This document shows, in pieces, positions 20,946-32,068 of a stretch of 64,000 bases of DNA. The number at the start of each line of letters is the position of its first letter. Within the stretch, counting starts at the first letter, position 1. Position numbers and translations under genes: made by a program. A model generated the notes under the pieces. The model saw only the letters and a list, made by a program, of their open reading frames with translations, had not been told where the DNA came from and made no database searches. The stretch comes from an uncultured Gemmatimonadaceae bacterium. GTDB lineage: Bacteria > Gemmatimonadota > Gemmatimonadetes > Gemmatimonadales > Gemmatimonadaceae. The stretch is from NCBI GenBank assembly GCA_963829055.1, contig CAWHHI010000003.1:192001-256000 (forward strand), written 5' to 3'.

Positions 20946-22142
20946 TCAACGATCTCTTACCAGGATCGCGTTGCCCACCGCGCGCTCGCCGGCCGCGTCG
21001 CTCGGGCGGTTCACGAGTTTCCCCTCGATCACGAGCGCCGTCGACCCGCCGCCGTCGAAGTTGAGGCCCTGGTACACGCCGATCGACACGAGAAAGTCTC
21101 CGAGCTCGACGAGCGTCATGCCGTCGCTCGTCTCCTGCCGGCCGTCGACCGCGACGAGATAGATCGTCGTGCTGTCGCGAGAGAAACCGATCGCGGACCG
21201 CGGGTGCCGCTTGGCGGAGAAGCTCGGGAACGTCCCCTCGACCGAGTCGGAAGCGCCGCCGACGTTGCGGCCGTCCTGCACCACGCGCGGCCAGCCGCCG
21301 ACGATCGTCGTTAGGCGTCCGCGATCCGGCCGGAAGTGGTGCGTGACGCGGAGCGCGCTCGAGCATCGGGCGATGGAATCGAGTCGCGCGCTGGCGGTCC
21401 CGTACGCGGCGAGCACTCCCTGATTCTCCGTGATCGACGCGGGCGTGTCCCGAGCGGTCCCGAACGGCACCAGCTCGAGGCCCTCGTCTTTTGTTTGACC
21501 AGCCGATGCACGCACGGGCAGCTCGCGCGGCGTGTGCAACGAGTCCTGACGCGGCGCGTCGGCGTAGGCGGCGGAAAAGAGAATGAGCGCGTCAGGCACG
21601 CGCGGGACACCGTTCACGCCGTCGAGCACGAAGTGGCCGCACGCACCGTCCAGCGCGCCGGCGTAGGAGAAGCGCTCGAGGTACGGCCGTCCGTTGACGT
21701 CCACGGCGAACTGCGTGTGCGAGTTGCGGAACGTGTCGTACGGCGAGTCCGTCACGGGGTTCGCCTTCCACACGTCACCGTTCACGACCTGATTGTTCTC
21801 GTTCGCGCCCGTCTTGAGGTCGAAGAAGTCGGCGTTGAGCGCCACGCGAATCCGCTCGCCACGCGCCTGCCGACGACGCACCATGTCCGTCACGCGCTCT
21901 CGGCCACGCAGCGAGTCGAACGCCCGAGCCGCGACGAACTCGTAGCGCGACCGCGCCGGTACGGTCACGATCTGGATGTTGTACGGACCGCTCGGTCGTC
22001 GCACGCGATAGTGCACGATGCCGGCCGTGACGGTATCGACGCTGACCGAGTCGGTCGCGGCGAACCGGATCGGCGCGCTCGCTGGCGTGGGCGACGTCGA
22101 CGCGCGCGTGCACGCCGCAAGCCCGAGCAGCGCTGCTGTCAT
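20946..22142 (-). CDS. Phosphodiester glycosidase (NAGPA-like) family lipoprotein
   Basis: LNADFFD, HPRSAIG, VAVDGRQ, NFDGGGST, RAVGNAI; LAAC lipobox. Confidence 0.88.
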   Translation of the reverse strand: MTAALLGLAACTRASTSPTPASAPIRFAATDSVSVDTVTAGIVHYRVRRPSGPYNIQIVTVPARSRYEFVAARAFDSLRGRERVTDMVRRRQARGERIRVALNADFFDLKTGANENNQVVNGDVWKANPVTDSPYDTFRNSHTQFAVDVNGRPYLERFSYAGALDGACGHFVLDGVNGVPRVPDALILFSAAYADAPRQDSLHTPRELPVRASAGQTKDEGLELVPFGTARDTPASITENQGVLAAYGTASARLDSIARCSSALRVTHHFRPDRGRLTTIVGGWPRVVQDGRNVGGASDSVEGTFPSFSAKRHPRSAIGFSRDSTTIYLVAVDGRQETSDGMTLVELGDFLVSIGVYQGLNFDGGGSTALVIEGKLVNRPSDAAGERAVGNAILVRDR

Positions 22143-22241
22143 CCCGAGCGAAGCGAGGGATCTTCTCGAAGAATCCCGTAGCTGGGCGGGCCACGATGAC
22201 ATCATAGAAGGTCCCTCGTCACTGCGTTCCTCGGGATGACA
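22137..22241. repeat. GTCATCCCGAG-type palindromic (REP-like) repeat overlapping a gene start
   Basis: TGTCATCCCGAGCGAAGCGAGGGATCTTCT ... TCCTCGGGATGACA. Confidence 0.88.
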
Positions 22242-22422
22242 AGCCGCTGACGCTCGCGATGACACCAGGATTCCCCCCCTTGGGACGAAAGACAAGGCCC
22301 GTTCGCGTGACCGATCATGCGGCGCTGGGGTTAGGCGGGAACATACGGACAACGCTGGAGGAGGCTCGTCGATGTCGATTGGTCGGTTGCTCGTTCAGAA
22401 GCGCAACGCCCGCGGGTCGAGC

Positions 22423-22924
22423 ATGGTACGCCGCGCCCGAGCGATCGCGTCGCTCGACACTCGCGACGTTCGCGACCATCGCTACCGCCTGCTCGACCGG
22501 CTCGCCCGCCGGTCCCGCGGACGCGAGCCTCGTCGGCAATCTGGACGGCCGAGCGGTGGGGCCGTCAGGGCTCGAGCAGCGCCTGGTGACGAAGGTCGAG
22601 GCGGCACCGGCGGGCAGTCCCTACACGGCGTTGCTCACCGCGACGTCCACGATCGTGAACACGGGATCCGCGCCCGTGCGCGTCACGGCTCGCACGTGCC
22701 TGTTCCAGGAGTCCGACGTCGAGACGACGGCGAAGATGGATCGCTTCGAACCGCTCATCTCCTGCTCGGCCGTGAGCATGGCACTCACCCTGGCACCGGG
22801 GCAGTCGACCGGGCCGATGGACGTGCAGTTCGGCGTGCGCTCCGGACCGGGCACGTACACGCTCGAGCTCCGCCACGCACTCGACCCCGAGTTCCGTGCC
22901 TCGGCGTCGTTCCGCATCCCGTAG
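22423..22924 (+). CDS. Hypothetical lipoprotein (probable indel near the start)
   Basis: IATAC lipobox-like segment followed by a beta-rich domain; GC3-rich codon usage. Confidence 0.55.
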
Positions 22925-22936
22925 CGCCTAACGCTA

Positions 22937-24434
22937 CTAGGACGCTCCAGCGCGCCTAACGACGAGCGCGAGGCCGCGACCGCGGCGGCCACGCGCCCTG
23001 ACCGTCGAGTCCTGCAGCGCGAGCGCGTCGGCCGTCGTGCCGTTGAACGTGCTCGCCCACACCGTCGAATCGTTCGCCACGCTCACGAGCCGGACGCTCA
23101 CGCGCAGCCGGTCCCGTGCGCGCTGCACAGTGCCTTCGACCAGCATCGTCGCGTTGAGCGCGCGCGCCGCATCCGCCGGCGTACGAACACCCTGGCGCGC
23201 GGCAGCGGCCGTCGTCTGCGACGACACGCGCACGCCGGGCACGCGCGCGATGGCCGTCGTGAGATCCGACGTGATACCGTCGGCGGCCTGACCTGCCTGC
23301 GCGTCGTTGCCGATGCTCACCAGCGGAAACACCGCGATGGATGGCGGTGCGGCAGACGGCACTGCCACGGCCGGCGCGCCCGCGGCAGCAAGCGAATCGC
23401 GACGCGCCGTGGCAATGCGCGCCGAGTCGGCCGCGGTTCCCGGCGCAGGCGCCGGTTCGGTGAGCACCCACGCGGCCGCGACTGCACCGACGACCAGGAC
23501 GCCAATGCCGATCTCGATGAATCGCTTCCGCCGCTGCTTCGGCGCCTCGGCCGCCTGGAACGCATCGCTCACCTGCACGCCGGGATCGTCGAGCGCGCGC
23601 AGAATCTCGGTCGCGTTCTTCGGTCGCTTCGCCGGCTCCTTCTCGAGACACTGCATGATGAGCGTCGAGAGCGGCCCGCTCACGTCGTAGCGACGCGATG
23701 TGAGCGGCGCCGGCTTCTCGGAGAGCTGCGCCGCGAGCAACGCCTGCGGCGAGCGTCCGTGAAACGGCGGCGCGCCGGTGAGCATCTCGTACGCGACGAT
23801 GCCGAGCGCGTAGAGATCGGCGCGATGGTCCGTGGACGGATCGGCCGCGGCCTGCTCGGGCGCCATGTACGCCGGTGTGCCGAGTGACGTGCCGACACCC
23901 GTCATGGTGGGCGATGGCGTCTTGACGCCCATGCTGCTGCCGCGACGCCGAGAGCGCTTTCGCGACGCCGAAGTCGGTGACGACCGCCGCGCCCGCCGCG
24001 AGCAGCACGTTGTCCGGCTTGATGTCGCGATGGATGATGCCGCGCCCGTGCGCGAACGCGAGCGCGCGCACGACGTCCTTGAGAATCGTGACCGTCTCGC
24101 GGACCGAGAGCGGTCCGCGCATCATGCGCGCGCGGAGCGACTCACCGTCGATGAACGGCATGATGAAGTACGGCAGCGCACCGAACTCACCCGCGCTCAG
24201 GACGGGAACGATGTTCGGGTGCTGCAGCCCCGCGGCCAACATGATCTCGCGCTTGAACCGCTCCGCCGAGATGGTCGCCGTCACGCTTGGCGGCAGCAGC
24301 TTGATCACCACTCGGCGATCGAGGCGCTCGTCGCGCGCGACGAACACGCGCGACATCCCGCCGCCGCCGAGCTCGCGCTCGAGGGCGTAGGTGTTGCCGA
24401 AATGGGCCTGCAGGTCTGCCAGGAGGTCGGTCAC
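22937..24434 (-). CDS. Ser/Thr protein kinase with TM helix and C-terminal TolB-N-like domain (indel near 23935)
   Basis: ELGGGGMSRV, HRDIKPDN, TDFGVAK, GTPAYMAPEQ; SIAVFPL...LVEGTVQR...RVSVRL. Confidence 0.92.
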
Positions 24435-24677
24435 GGATTCGGGCGGATTTCGTTAGGGCCGGCGGGCTACAGCATACGCGAAGATTACACCGCGTCAACG
24501 CGCGGGTTGCCGGCGGTCGGGCCCTCGAGGGAACGGTTCGTCCCGCCACTGTGTGCGTACGAGCGTGGCGGGTACCAGGTTGCTACACGCTCGTCCCGCT
24601 CGCTGCGCCAATCGACGCCATCCTCTGCATGACGAGGCGCGCTCGGCGAACGTGCCGTATACCGCACAGGTGCCAGA

Positions 24678-24860
24678 ATGCGACGTTCGAAGATTCCGAT
24701 CGCCATAGCTGTCGCCGTTTCCGCGACGGTCGTCCTCGCGCCACTCGCGCCACTCCACGTGCTCTTTCCCGGATCACCGGATGTGACGACGGGCCATTCG
24801 TGGCCGCCAGCGCACGATACCGCTATCTGGCGCGCGCTCGGAGACACGGCGGAGCGATGA
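24678..24860 (+). CDS. Possible small secreted hypothetical protein
   Basis: 60-aa ORF with a basic-hydrophobic N-terminus in an otherwise empty gap; no recognised motif. Confidence 0.25.
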   Translation: MRRSKIPIAIAVAVSATVVLAPLAPLHVLFPGSPDVTTGHSWPPAHDTAIWRALGDTAER

Positions 24861-24979
24861 GCACGGGGCACGCCGAGCAGGTCTCACGAGCTCAAGGGAA
24901 GCGGCATGCTGCTCGTGAAGTCCTCCGCGCGGCGCGCGATGACGCACGCGCCGCCTAACGACGTGATCGTTGGTGAAGG

Positions 24980-25804
24980 TTACGGGTTGGCCTCGGGGTC
25001 CTTCTTCACTTTGCGCGCCGAGCCCGGCTCCGACAGCTTGCGATGCATTTCGGCGGTCACCTTGTCGGGCGTGACCTGCGCCATCGTGCTCTGCACCTTG
25101 TTCTTGAACGAGCCCGCCACGACGTGATCCTTACCGGCCATCAGCGCCTCGAAGCCGTCGCGCGCGACGTCGGCGGGATCGTCCTTCTTGTCGGCGCCGA
25201 CCTTCGTGTCCTGCATGCCCGCGCGGTCGAAGAAGTTCGTGTCCGTGGGGCCGGGCTGCAGCGCCGTCACCGTGATGTTCGTGTCCTTGAGCTCATTGCG
25301 AAGCGCTTCCGAGAACGAGAGCAGGAACGCTTTCGACGCGCCGTAGACCGCCTCGAACGGCGCGGGCATCTCGGCCGCGATCGATGAGGTGAACAGAATC
25401 TTCCCCTCGCCCCGCTCCGCCATGTGCTGCACGACATGCTTCGCGAGGTGCACCGCGCCGGTGACGTTCAGATTGATGAGATTGATCTCCTCCTCGAGAT
25501 CGGTCTCGAGGAACGGACCGCCGACGCCGACGCCGGCGTTGATCGCGATCGCGTCCACGGGACGCCCCATTTCCTCGATGCGTTCCCAGAGCTCCTCGAC
25601 TCCGTCCTCCGTTGCGAGATCGGCCTGAACACTTTCCACCATTGGCCCGAGCGATCGCAACTGGTCCGCCGCGGATTCGATTGCTTCATCCTCGGCGACA
25701 ATGACGAGGTCGTAGCCGTTCTGTGCGAACAGTTTGGCGAGCTCGAGTCCAATGCCGCTCGATGCGCCAGTGACGACGGCGAGTTGTCCGCTGGAGTTTT
25801 CCAT
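24980..25804 (-). CDS. SDR-family NAD(P)-dependent oxidoreductase
   Basis: TGASSGIG, NAGVG, YGASK; AAGGA RBS. Confidence 0.93.
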   Translation of the reverse strand: MENSSGQLAVVTGASSGIGLELAKLFAQNGYDLVIVAEDEAIESAADQLRSLGPMVESVQADLATEDGVEELWERIEEMGRPVDAIAINAGVGVGGPFLETDLEEEINLINLNVTGAVHLAKHVVQHMAERGEGKILFTSSIAAEMPAPFEAVYGASKAFLLSFSEALRNELKDTNITVTALQPGPTDTNFFDRAGMQDTKVGADKKDDPADVARDGFEALMAGKDHVVAGSFKNKVQSTMAQVTPDKVTAEMHRKLSEPGSARKVKKDPEANP

Positions 25805-25987
25805 ACACACCTATCCTTTGGGAAGCCACAGTTCGCGCGCCTGGTAGCGACGCGGAGCGGCGGACAGCGCAAATGCAACGCCGCTGGCGCCGCTGTTGCG
25901 GAAATGTTCGCGCCGACTCGTGTGTCGACTCGCACCGCCGTGCACCGTCGCTTGCGCGGTCCATCCAATTGTCCGCACTATTTCGCC

Positions 25988-27265
25988 GTGCGCTTCGGAC
26001 TACTCACGGTGCACCGAGTGCTCGTGATGTTGGCGACGCTCGGGTGTGCCTCACGATCGGCGACGACGCCGGCTATTTCCGCAACCGCGACCTCGGCCGT
26101 TGTCAGGCCGGGGCTCGATGCGTTCGTCGCCAATCCGCCCGACTGGGCGCGCGGCAAGCGCATCGGTCTCATCACGAACGTCGCGGGCATCGACTCGCGC
26201 GGGCGCAACAACATCGATCTGCTCAAGGCCGACGCGCGCATCCGGCTGACGACGTTGTTCGCGTTCGAGCATGGGCTGCGCGGCGACGCGCCCGCGGGGC
26301 AGGCCATCGCGTCAGGCACCGATGCGAAGACCGGCCTTCCCGTGTACTCGCTCTACGGTGACGTGCGCGAGCCGACGGCCGAGATGCTGCGTGATGTCGA
26401 CGTGCTCATGTACGACGTGCAGGACGTCGGCGCGCGACCGTACACGCGCGTGTCGACGATGGCGCTCTCGATGAAGGCCGCGGCCGCGAAGGGCATTCCG
26501 TTCGCGGTGCTCGACCGGCCCAATCCCATCGGCGGAACGATCGTCGAGGGTCCGGTGCTCGATCCGGCGTTCGCGTCGTTCGTCGGCATGTATCCGATCC
26601 CGCTCCGGCACGGCATGACCGTGGGCGAGCTCGCGCGGTTGTACAACGAGCGGTTCGGCATCGGCGCGACGCTGTACGTCGTGCCCGTAGCGGGTTGGCG
26701 GCGCGACATGATGCTCGACGCCACCGGGCTCCCGTACATCCCGCCATCGCCGAACCTGCGTCGGCTCGAGGCGGCGATCCTCTATCCGGGGACGGTGCTG
26801 CTCGAGGGGACGAACATCTCGGAAGGGCGAGGGACGGAGCTCCCGTTCGAGCAGACCGGCGCGCCGTGGATGCAACCGGACGCCGTGATCCGCGAGATGA
26901 ACGCGCTCGCGCTGCCCGGCGTGCGGTTCGAGGCGGTGCAGATCCGCGTGGACGCGGATGGCCGGCGATTTCCCGGCGAGACGATCCCGGGTGTTCGGCT
27001 CGTCGTCACCGACCGCGGCTCATATCGTGCGGTCCGAACGGCAATGCTCCTGATCGACACGGTCCATCGCCTGTACCCTAACGAGTTCGCCTGGGCGGGC
27101 GGGAACCAGCGCGAGCCCGGCATGCGGACCATCGACCGCCTCGCCGGCACGGATCGGTTCCGGTCTGCCGTCGATGCTGGAACACTCAGGCCGCTGCTCG
27201 ACGAGTGGGATAGGCAGGCCGAGGCGTTCCGCGTCCTTCGAGAGCCGTTCCTGTTGTACAGGTAA
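25988..27265 (+). CDS. namZ: DUF1343 exo-beta-N-acetylmuramidase (NamZ family); start approximate
   Basis: IGLITN, EHGLRG, VYSLYG, DVQDVGAR, VLDRPNP, RHGMTVGELA, PPSPN, SEGRGT. Confidence 0.9.
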   Translation: MRFGLLTVHRVLVMLATLGCASRSATTPAISATATSAVVRPGLDAFVANPPDWARGKRIGLITNVAGIDSRGRNNIDLLKADARIRLTTLFAFEHGLRGDAPAGQAIASGTDAKTGLPVYSLYGDVREPTAEMLRDVDVLMYDVQDVGARPYTRVSTMALSMKAAAAKGIPFAVLDRPNPIGGTIVEGPVLDPAFASFVGMYPIPLRHGMTVGELARLYNERFGIGATLYVVPVAGWRRDMMLDATGLPYIPPSPNLRRLEAAILYPGTVLLEGTNISEGRGTELPFEQTGAPWMQPDAVIREMNALALPGVRFEAVQIRVDADGRRFPGETIPGVRLVVTDRGSYRAVRTAMLLIDTVHRLYPNEFAWAGGNQREPGMRTIDRLAGTDRFRSAVDAGTLRPLLDEWDRQAEAFRVLREPFLLYR

Positions 27266-27301
27266 AGTCGCGGGACCCAACCCGTCACAACGGAGGCGAC
27301 T

Positions 27302-30211
27302 GTGCAAGCTCGTGCGTCAACCCTCCTTCGACGCCTGGTGGGCGTCGAGCCCACCGCTGTTCGCACCGTCCACGCCGCGCACTCGTTAGGTCGAGCCCGC
27401 CTGGCGCGGATGGCCGTGGCTGTTTGCACCGTGGTCGCTGCCGTGACCGCTATCGCCCCACTCGCCGCTCAGACGACCGTGTCGGTGACCGGACGCGTCA
27501 CTGCCCAGGGCCGGCCTGTTGCGGACGCGCAGATCGGCGTCACCGACCGGGAAACGAACCAGGTTCGCGGCACGCGCACGTCGTCGAATGGCGACTACGC
27601 AGTCGTGGGTCTCGCGCCCGGCGTGTATTCGGTGCGCGTGCAGCGCGTCGGCTTCGCGCCCGCGACGCAGGAAATCCGTCTCCTCGTCGGCCAGCACGCG
27701 ACGCTCAACTTCGCGATCGAGGAAACAGCGGTCGCGTTGAGCGGCGTGCAGGTGTCCGCGGAACCGCGCGCTACGTTCGAAGCGCAGCGGACCGATCTCT
27801 CTGCTCCGGTGGTGCAGGCGGAGATTCAGAATCTGCCGCTCAATACGCGCAACACGCTCAACCTCGCGGCGATCGTGCCGGGCATCAAGACGTACGCTCC
27901 GACGGCGGGGCGATCGCTGCCTGCGGCTGGCGCGTTACCCGACCTGCGGTTCTACAACTTCTATCTCGATGGTGTCGAGTGGAAATCGATGTTCAACGGC
28001 AACCTCGTCGGCATTCCGCAGACGGGCTCGCCGATTCCGCAGGAAGCGTTGCGCGAGTTCCGCGTACACCTCAATCCGTATGATGCGGAGCTGACGCGGG
28101 GTGGCTCGTACATCATCAGTGCGGTGACACAGCGCGGAACGAACGACCAGCAGGGCTCGGCGTTCCTGTACTTCCAGAACAACGACATGCGCGCGCTCGA
28201 TGAGTTCCAGCGTCGCACACGCGCGCGGTCGCCGGACACGTACGAGCGAACGCCCTACGACCGCCAGCAGTTCGGCTTCAACCTTCGCGGTCCCATCATC
28301 AGGGACAAGCTGTTCTACTCGGCCAACTACGAGCTGGGGAACACGAACGACAACATCGAGGTCGTGCCGGGTCAGCCGGCGTTCAATCCCGGCCAGTGGG
28401 ACCAGTACGCCGGCACGTACAGCGCGCCGACGAAGAATCACACCGGTGTGCTGCGCCTAACGTCGCCGATGAGCGACAAGCACACGGAAGACCTCATCTA
28501 CGCCGGCCGCTACTACGACTCGGAGACGTTCTTCGGCGCGACCGAAGCGCGCGAGTCCGGACTCACGGCGAAGTATTCGATTCACAGCATCCAGTTGCGT
28601 GACACCTACACGCCGACCGGTTCGATCGTGAACCAGGCGTCGCTGCATCTGCTCGCCTGGAACCACAACGAGGAGCCGCTCGTCCCGGGACCTCGGTTGG
28701 TGTACCCCAGCATCAACATCGGGCGCAATACGTTCCCACTCATCCTGCGAGAACGTCATCTGCGCGCGATCGACAAGCTCACGTATACGCTGCCGGGCGG
28801 GAAGCACATTCTGAACACCGGCGTCGAGGTCACGCATGTGAACACGTCGAGCTACCTGCCGTCGAATCGCGACGGGCTGTTCGAGTACCGCACCGACACG
28901 AGCGCGCAGCCGTTCCGCGCGACCGTCGGCGTGGGCTTCTTCAATCCCACCACGACCGAGGACGCGAAGGCGACGGCGACCGGCTGGGTGGCAGGCGGGT
29001 ACGTGCAGGACGAGTGGCGCGCGACCGAGGACTTCACGCTCACGCTCGGTCTGCGCTATGACGCCGAGATCAATACGCTGGCGAACGACTTCGTCGATCC
29101 GTGGGCGAGCGATCCGACGCTGCAGGCCGCGCTGCCCGGTTTCCTGAATGAGGGAAATCGGAAGAACGATCTGAACAACTTTGCGCCGCGCGTCGCGTTC
29201 TCGTGGGACATGACGGGCAAGGACCGCACGTTCCTCCGCGGCGGGTGGGGCATCATGAACGGCCGCTTCCCGAGCACGAACGCGTTCTCGGAGGTGCAGG
29301 CCGCCGGCTGGCGCAGCTACGAGGTTCAGAACCCCGGGAATGCGACCGTCGAGCAGTTGCGGCAGCTGGTCATCGCGGGGAACGTGCCGCTGCGGCCGAA
29401 CATCACGCTCGTGGCGACGGACATCAAGACCCCGCAGACGGTGCAGGTGTCGTTAGGCCTCGGCCAGGTGATCACGGACGACATCGTGATGAATCTGGAC
29501 TTCGTCGATCAGGAAGGGCGCGACCTGTACGTGAACTACAACGCGAATCCGATCCTGCCGACGACGAACGCGCGCAAGCTGACGCCCAACTTCGGCAACA
29601 TCACCGTGTGGGACGATTTCGCGAAGGCGCGCTTCCGTGCGTTCACGGTGGGCGGCACGTGGGAGCGGTCGGCGAATCCGCTGCGCCCCAAGCGCATGAG
29701 CCTCGCCTACACCCTCGGCTACTACAAGGCGTCGTTCGAGGGGCTCGGCGGCTACGCGGACCCGTCGCAGTTCACGATGCAGCCGACGTCGGGCGACGAG
29801 CGGCATCGCGTGGTGCTGTCGGGGATCGGGCCGCTGCCGTGGGGATTCCAGATCTCGGGCATCGGGATCGTGGCGTCGCCGCATCCGTTCGCGGTGACCG
29901 ATGGCCGCGATCTGAACAATTCAGGGTTGACGACGGACGACTGGCCTAACGGGCAGCGCGTGCAGGACACCGACGGCGGCTGGGACGACATGTATCGCAC
30001 GATCGACCTGCGCCTGGCGCGCAACTTCACGATCGGCGCAACGCGCGCTCAGCTCAGTGTGGAGGTGTTCAATCTGTTCAACTGGGTGAACTGGTCGGGG
30101 TACAGCGGCACGGTCAACGACCGAAACGGCAACCAGCTGTCGAGTTTCGGCCTGCCTAACGGTGCTCTGGCGCCGCGTCAGGCGCAGATCGGTATCCGAT
30201 ATGACTTCTGA
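27302..30211 (+). CDS. TonB-dependent receptor with N-terminal carboxypeptidase-regulatory-like domain (Oar-like)
   Basis: 969 aa, GGAGG RBS, signal peptide, LGLRYD, NNFAPRV, C-terminal QIGIRYDF. Confidence 0.92.
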   Translation: MQARASTLLRRLVGVEPTAVRTVHAAHSLGRARLARMAVAVCTVVAAVTAIAPLAAQTTVSVTGRVTAQGRPVADAQIGVTDRETNQVRGTRTSSNGDYAVVGLAPGVYSVRVQRVGFAPATQEIRLLVGQHATLNFAIEETAVALSGVQVSAEPRATFEAQRTDLSAPVVQAEIQNLPLNTRNTLNLAAIVPGIKTYAPTAGRSLPAAGALPDLRFYNFYLDGVEWKSMFNGNLVGIPQTGSPIPQEALREFRVHLNPYDAELTRGGSYIISAVTQRGTNDQQGSAFLYFQNNDMRALDEFQRRTRARSPDTYERTPYDRQQFGFNLRGPIIRDKLFYSANYELGNTNDNIEVVPGQPAFNPGQWDQYAGTYSAPTKNHTGVLRLTSPMSDKHTEDLIYAGRYYDSETFFGATEARESGLTAKYSIHSIQLRDTYTPTGSIVNQASLHLLAWNHNEEPLVPGPRLVYPSINIGRNTFPLILRERHLRAIDKLTYTLPGGKHILNTGVEVTHVNTSSYLPSNRDGLFEYRTDTSAQPFRATVGVGFFNPTTTEDAKATATGWVAGGYVQDEWRATEDFTLTLGLRYDAEINTLANDFVDPWASDPTLQAALPGFLNEGNRKNDLNNFAPRVAFSWDMTGKDRTFLRGGWGIMNGRFPSTNAFSEVQAAGWRSYEVQNPGNATVEQLRQLVIAGNVPLRPNITLVATDIKTPQTVQVSLGLGQVITDDIVMNLDFVDQEGRDLYVNYNANPILPTTNARKLTPNFGNITVWDDFAKARFRAFTVGGTWERSANPLRPKRMSLAYTLGYYKASFEGLGGYADPSQFTMQPTSGDERHRVVLSGIGPLPWGFQISGIGIVASPHPFAVTDGRDLNNSGLTTDDWPNGQRVQDTDGGWDDMYRTIDLRLARNFTIGATRAQLSVEVFNLFNWVNWSGYSGTVNDRNGNQLSSFGLPNGALAPRQAQIGIRYDF

Positions 30212-30267
30212 TCCAGCGAAGGCGATCGAGTAGGCTGGATCAATCCGGATTTGGCATTGACGCTTGC

Positions 30268-30678
30268 GTCGCGCCGGGGCCGGTGGGAACTACGATTGGG
30301 CGGATCGGTACGGCGAAACTGCCGGATACGGCTTTGCATCCCGGCATCATCGCGCCGCGGCCGGTGAGAACAACGATGGCGCGGATGACGCGGTAGAAGC
30401 ACGATAGGGCGTAGCGCGAGTCGATCTCCTCTCGCCGCAACGAGCCGGGAACTTCGGGAACGGCCGCTCGGGAGACTCCTGTGTCCCGAGCGGCCGTTCC
30501 CATTAATTCAGAGTCCGGCGAGGCCAGCGTCGATGCAAAGTTGTATCCGGCCGTTTTCCGTGTCATCCGCGAAATCGTAGTTCCCACCGGCCGGGCGCGA
30601 TGGTGCCTCAATGCAAAGTCGTATCCGGCCCTTTCAGCAGTTTCCGCACAATCGCAGTTCCCACCGGCCCCGCGCGAC
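30268..30678. repeat. Modular palindromic intergenic element, copy D
   Basis: Same units and central hairpin; lies between convergent genes. Confidence 0.92.
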
Positions 30679-30710
30679 ACGATCCTCAATGCCAATTCCC
30701 ATGACGAGGA

Positions 30711-31990
30711 TCACGGCGCTCGATTCTGCGTCATCGTTGCTTCCCAATCGCGCAGCCGAGAATCGACCACCGACTGCTGCACGACGTCGGCAACGGCACG
30801 GCGGAGCGGGCCGATCTTCTGGTTGTCGCGCGTCGGGTTCACGCGGTTCGTCAGCAGCACCACGAACAGCTCGCGCTCCGGATCCGCCCAGATCGATGTT
30901 CCAGTGAAGCCGGTGTGCCCGAAGCTCCGCAACGAGAAGAATCGTCCCGCACTCGACTGCGGAGACGGCGTGTCCCAGCCTAACGCGCGACTCGCGTCCG
31001 GACGCTGGCGTGCCGTCCATCGCGCGACCGTCGACGGCCTGACGATCCGCGTACCGGCGTAGGACCCGCCGTTGAGCAGCATCTGCACGAACACGGCGAG
31101 ATCGCGCGCGCTCGAGAACAGGCCGGCGTTCCCCGACACGCCGCCGAGGACCCACGCCGTCTCGTCGTGCACGACGCCCCACACCTGACCGCCGCGGAAG
31201 TCCTCGGTCTCCGTCGGCGCGATGCGCGGCTTGAGCGTCTCCGGCGGGTTGTACTGCGTGTCCCGCATCCCCAACGGCCCGAACACGCGCGCCTGCACGA
31301 ACTGATCGAGCGTCTGACCGGTAATGCGCTCGATGATGAATTGCATGAGCACCATGTTCCAGTCCGTGTACTCGACGGCCGAACCCGGCTCCCGCGCGAG
31401 CGGGAACTTCACCATGCCGGCGAAGTACTGCTCGCGCCCCTTCGCTTCCTTCCAGAGAGGGTGATTCGATCGGATGCCGCTCGCGTGCGTGAGCAGCATC
31501 CGCACGGTGATCGCGCGCTTGTCGGGCACGTCGTACTCGGGCAGGTAGCTGGCGACGGTGCGCTCGATGTCGAGCTTCCCTTCCTCTTCGAGGATCATGG
31601 CCGCGGTCGTCGTCGCCACGACCTTCGTGAGCGACGCCATGTCGTACATCGTGCTGTCGGTCGCCGCGGGCGCGCCGGGCGCCCAGTCCGAGTGGCCGTA
31701 CCCGCGTGAGCAACAGCAGCTTGCCGCGCCGAGCGACGGCGATGGTGACGCCCGGCGACGCATGGTCGGCGATCGCCGGCCTTGATCACGGAATCGAGAC
31801 GCGGGATGAGCGCGTTCGACATCCCGACGGCCGCCGGCTTGGCGCGCGTGAGCGCACGCGTCTCGACGGAGTCGGCGTTAGGTGCAGTCCGTTGGGTAGT
31901 CTGGGCCGAGGCGACTGAGGCGAGCGCGGCGGCGCAGGCGAGCGACGCAACCACGCGCGGGAGGCGGACGAGGCGACCGAATCGAGTCAT
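30711..31990 (-). CDS. Secreted serine hydrolase, beta-lactamase fold (AmiE-like; indels near 31700-31770)
   Basis: DMASLTK (SxxK), LLTHASG, GVVHDETA, GNAGLFS, GHTGFTGT, LLTNRV. Confidence 0.9.
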
Positions 31991-32068
31991 TGACGATGAG
32001 AGGAGTGAGCCGGTCCAAACGTGCCCCGCGAGCGCTCGGTGGGCAACGGCCGTGGCGCCGAGCGGCGT

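Noticed and set aside
30711..31990. Antibiotic-resistance beta-lactamase
   Set aside because: The GVVHD-x-A and GNAGLFS motifs and the namZ/murQ context fit AmiE-like serine hydrolases better.
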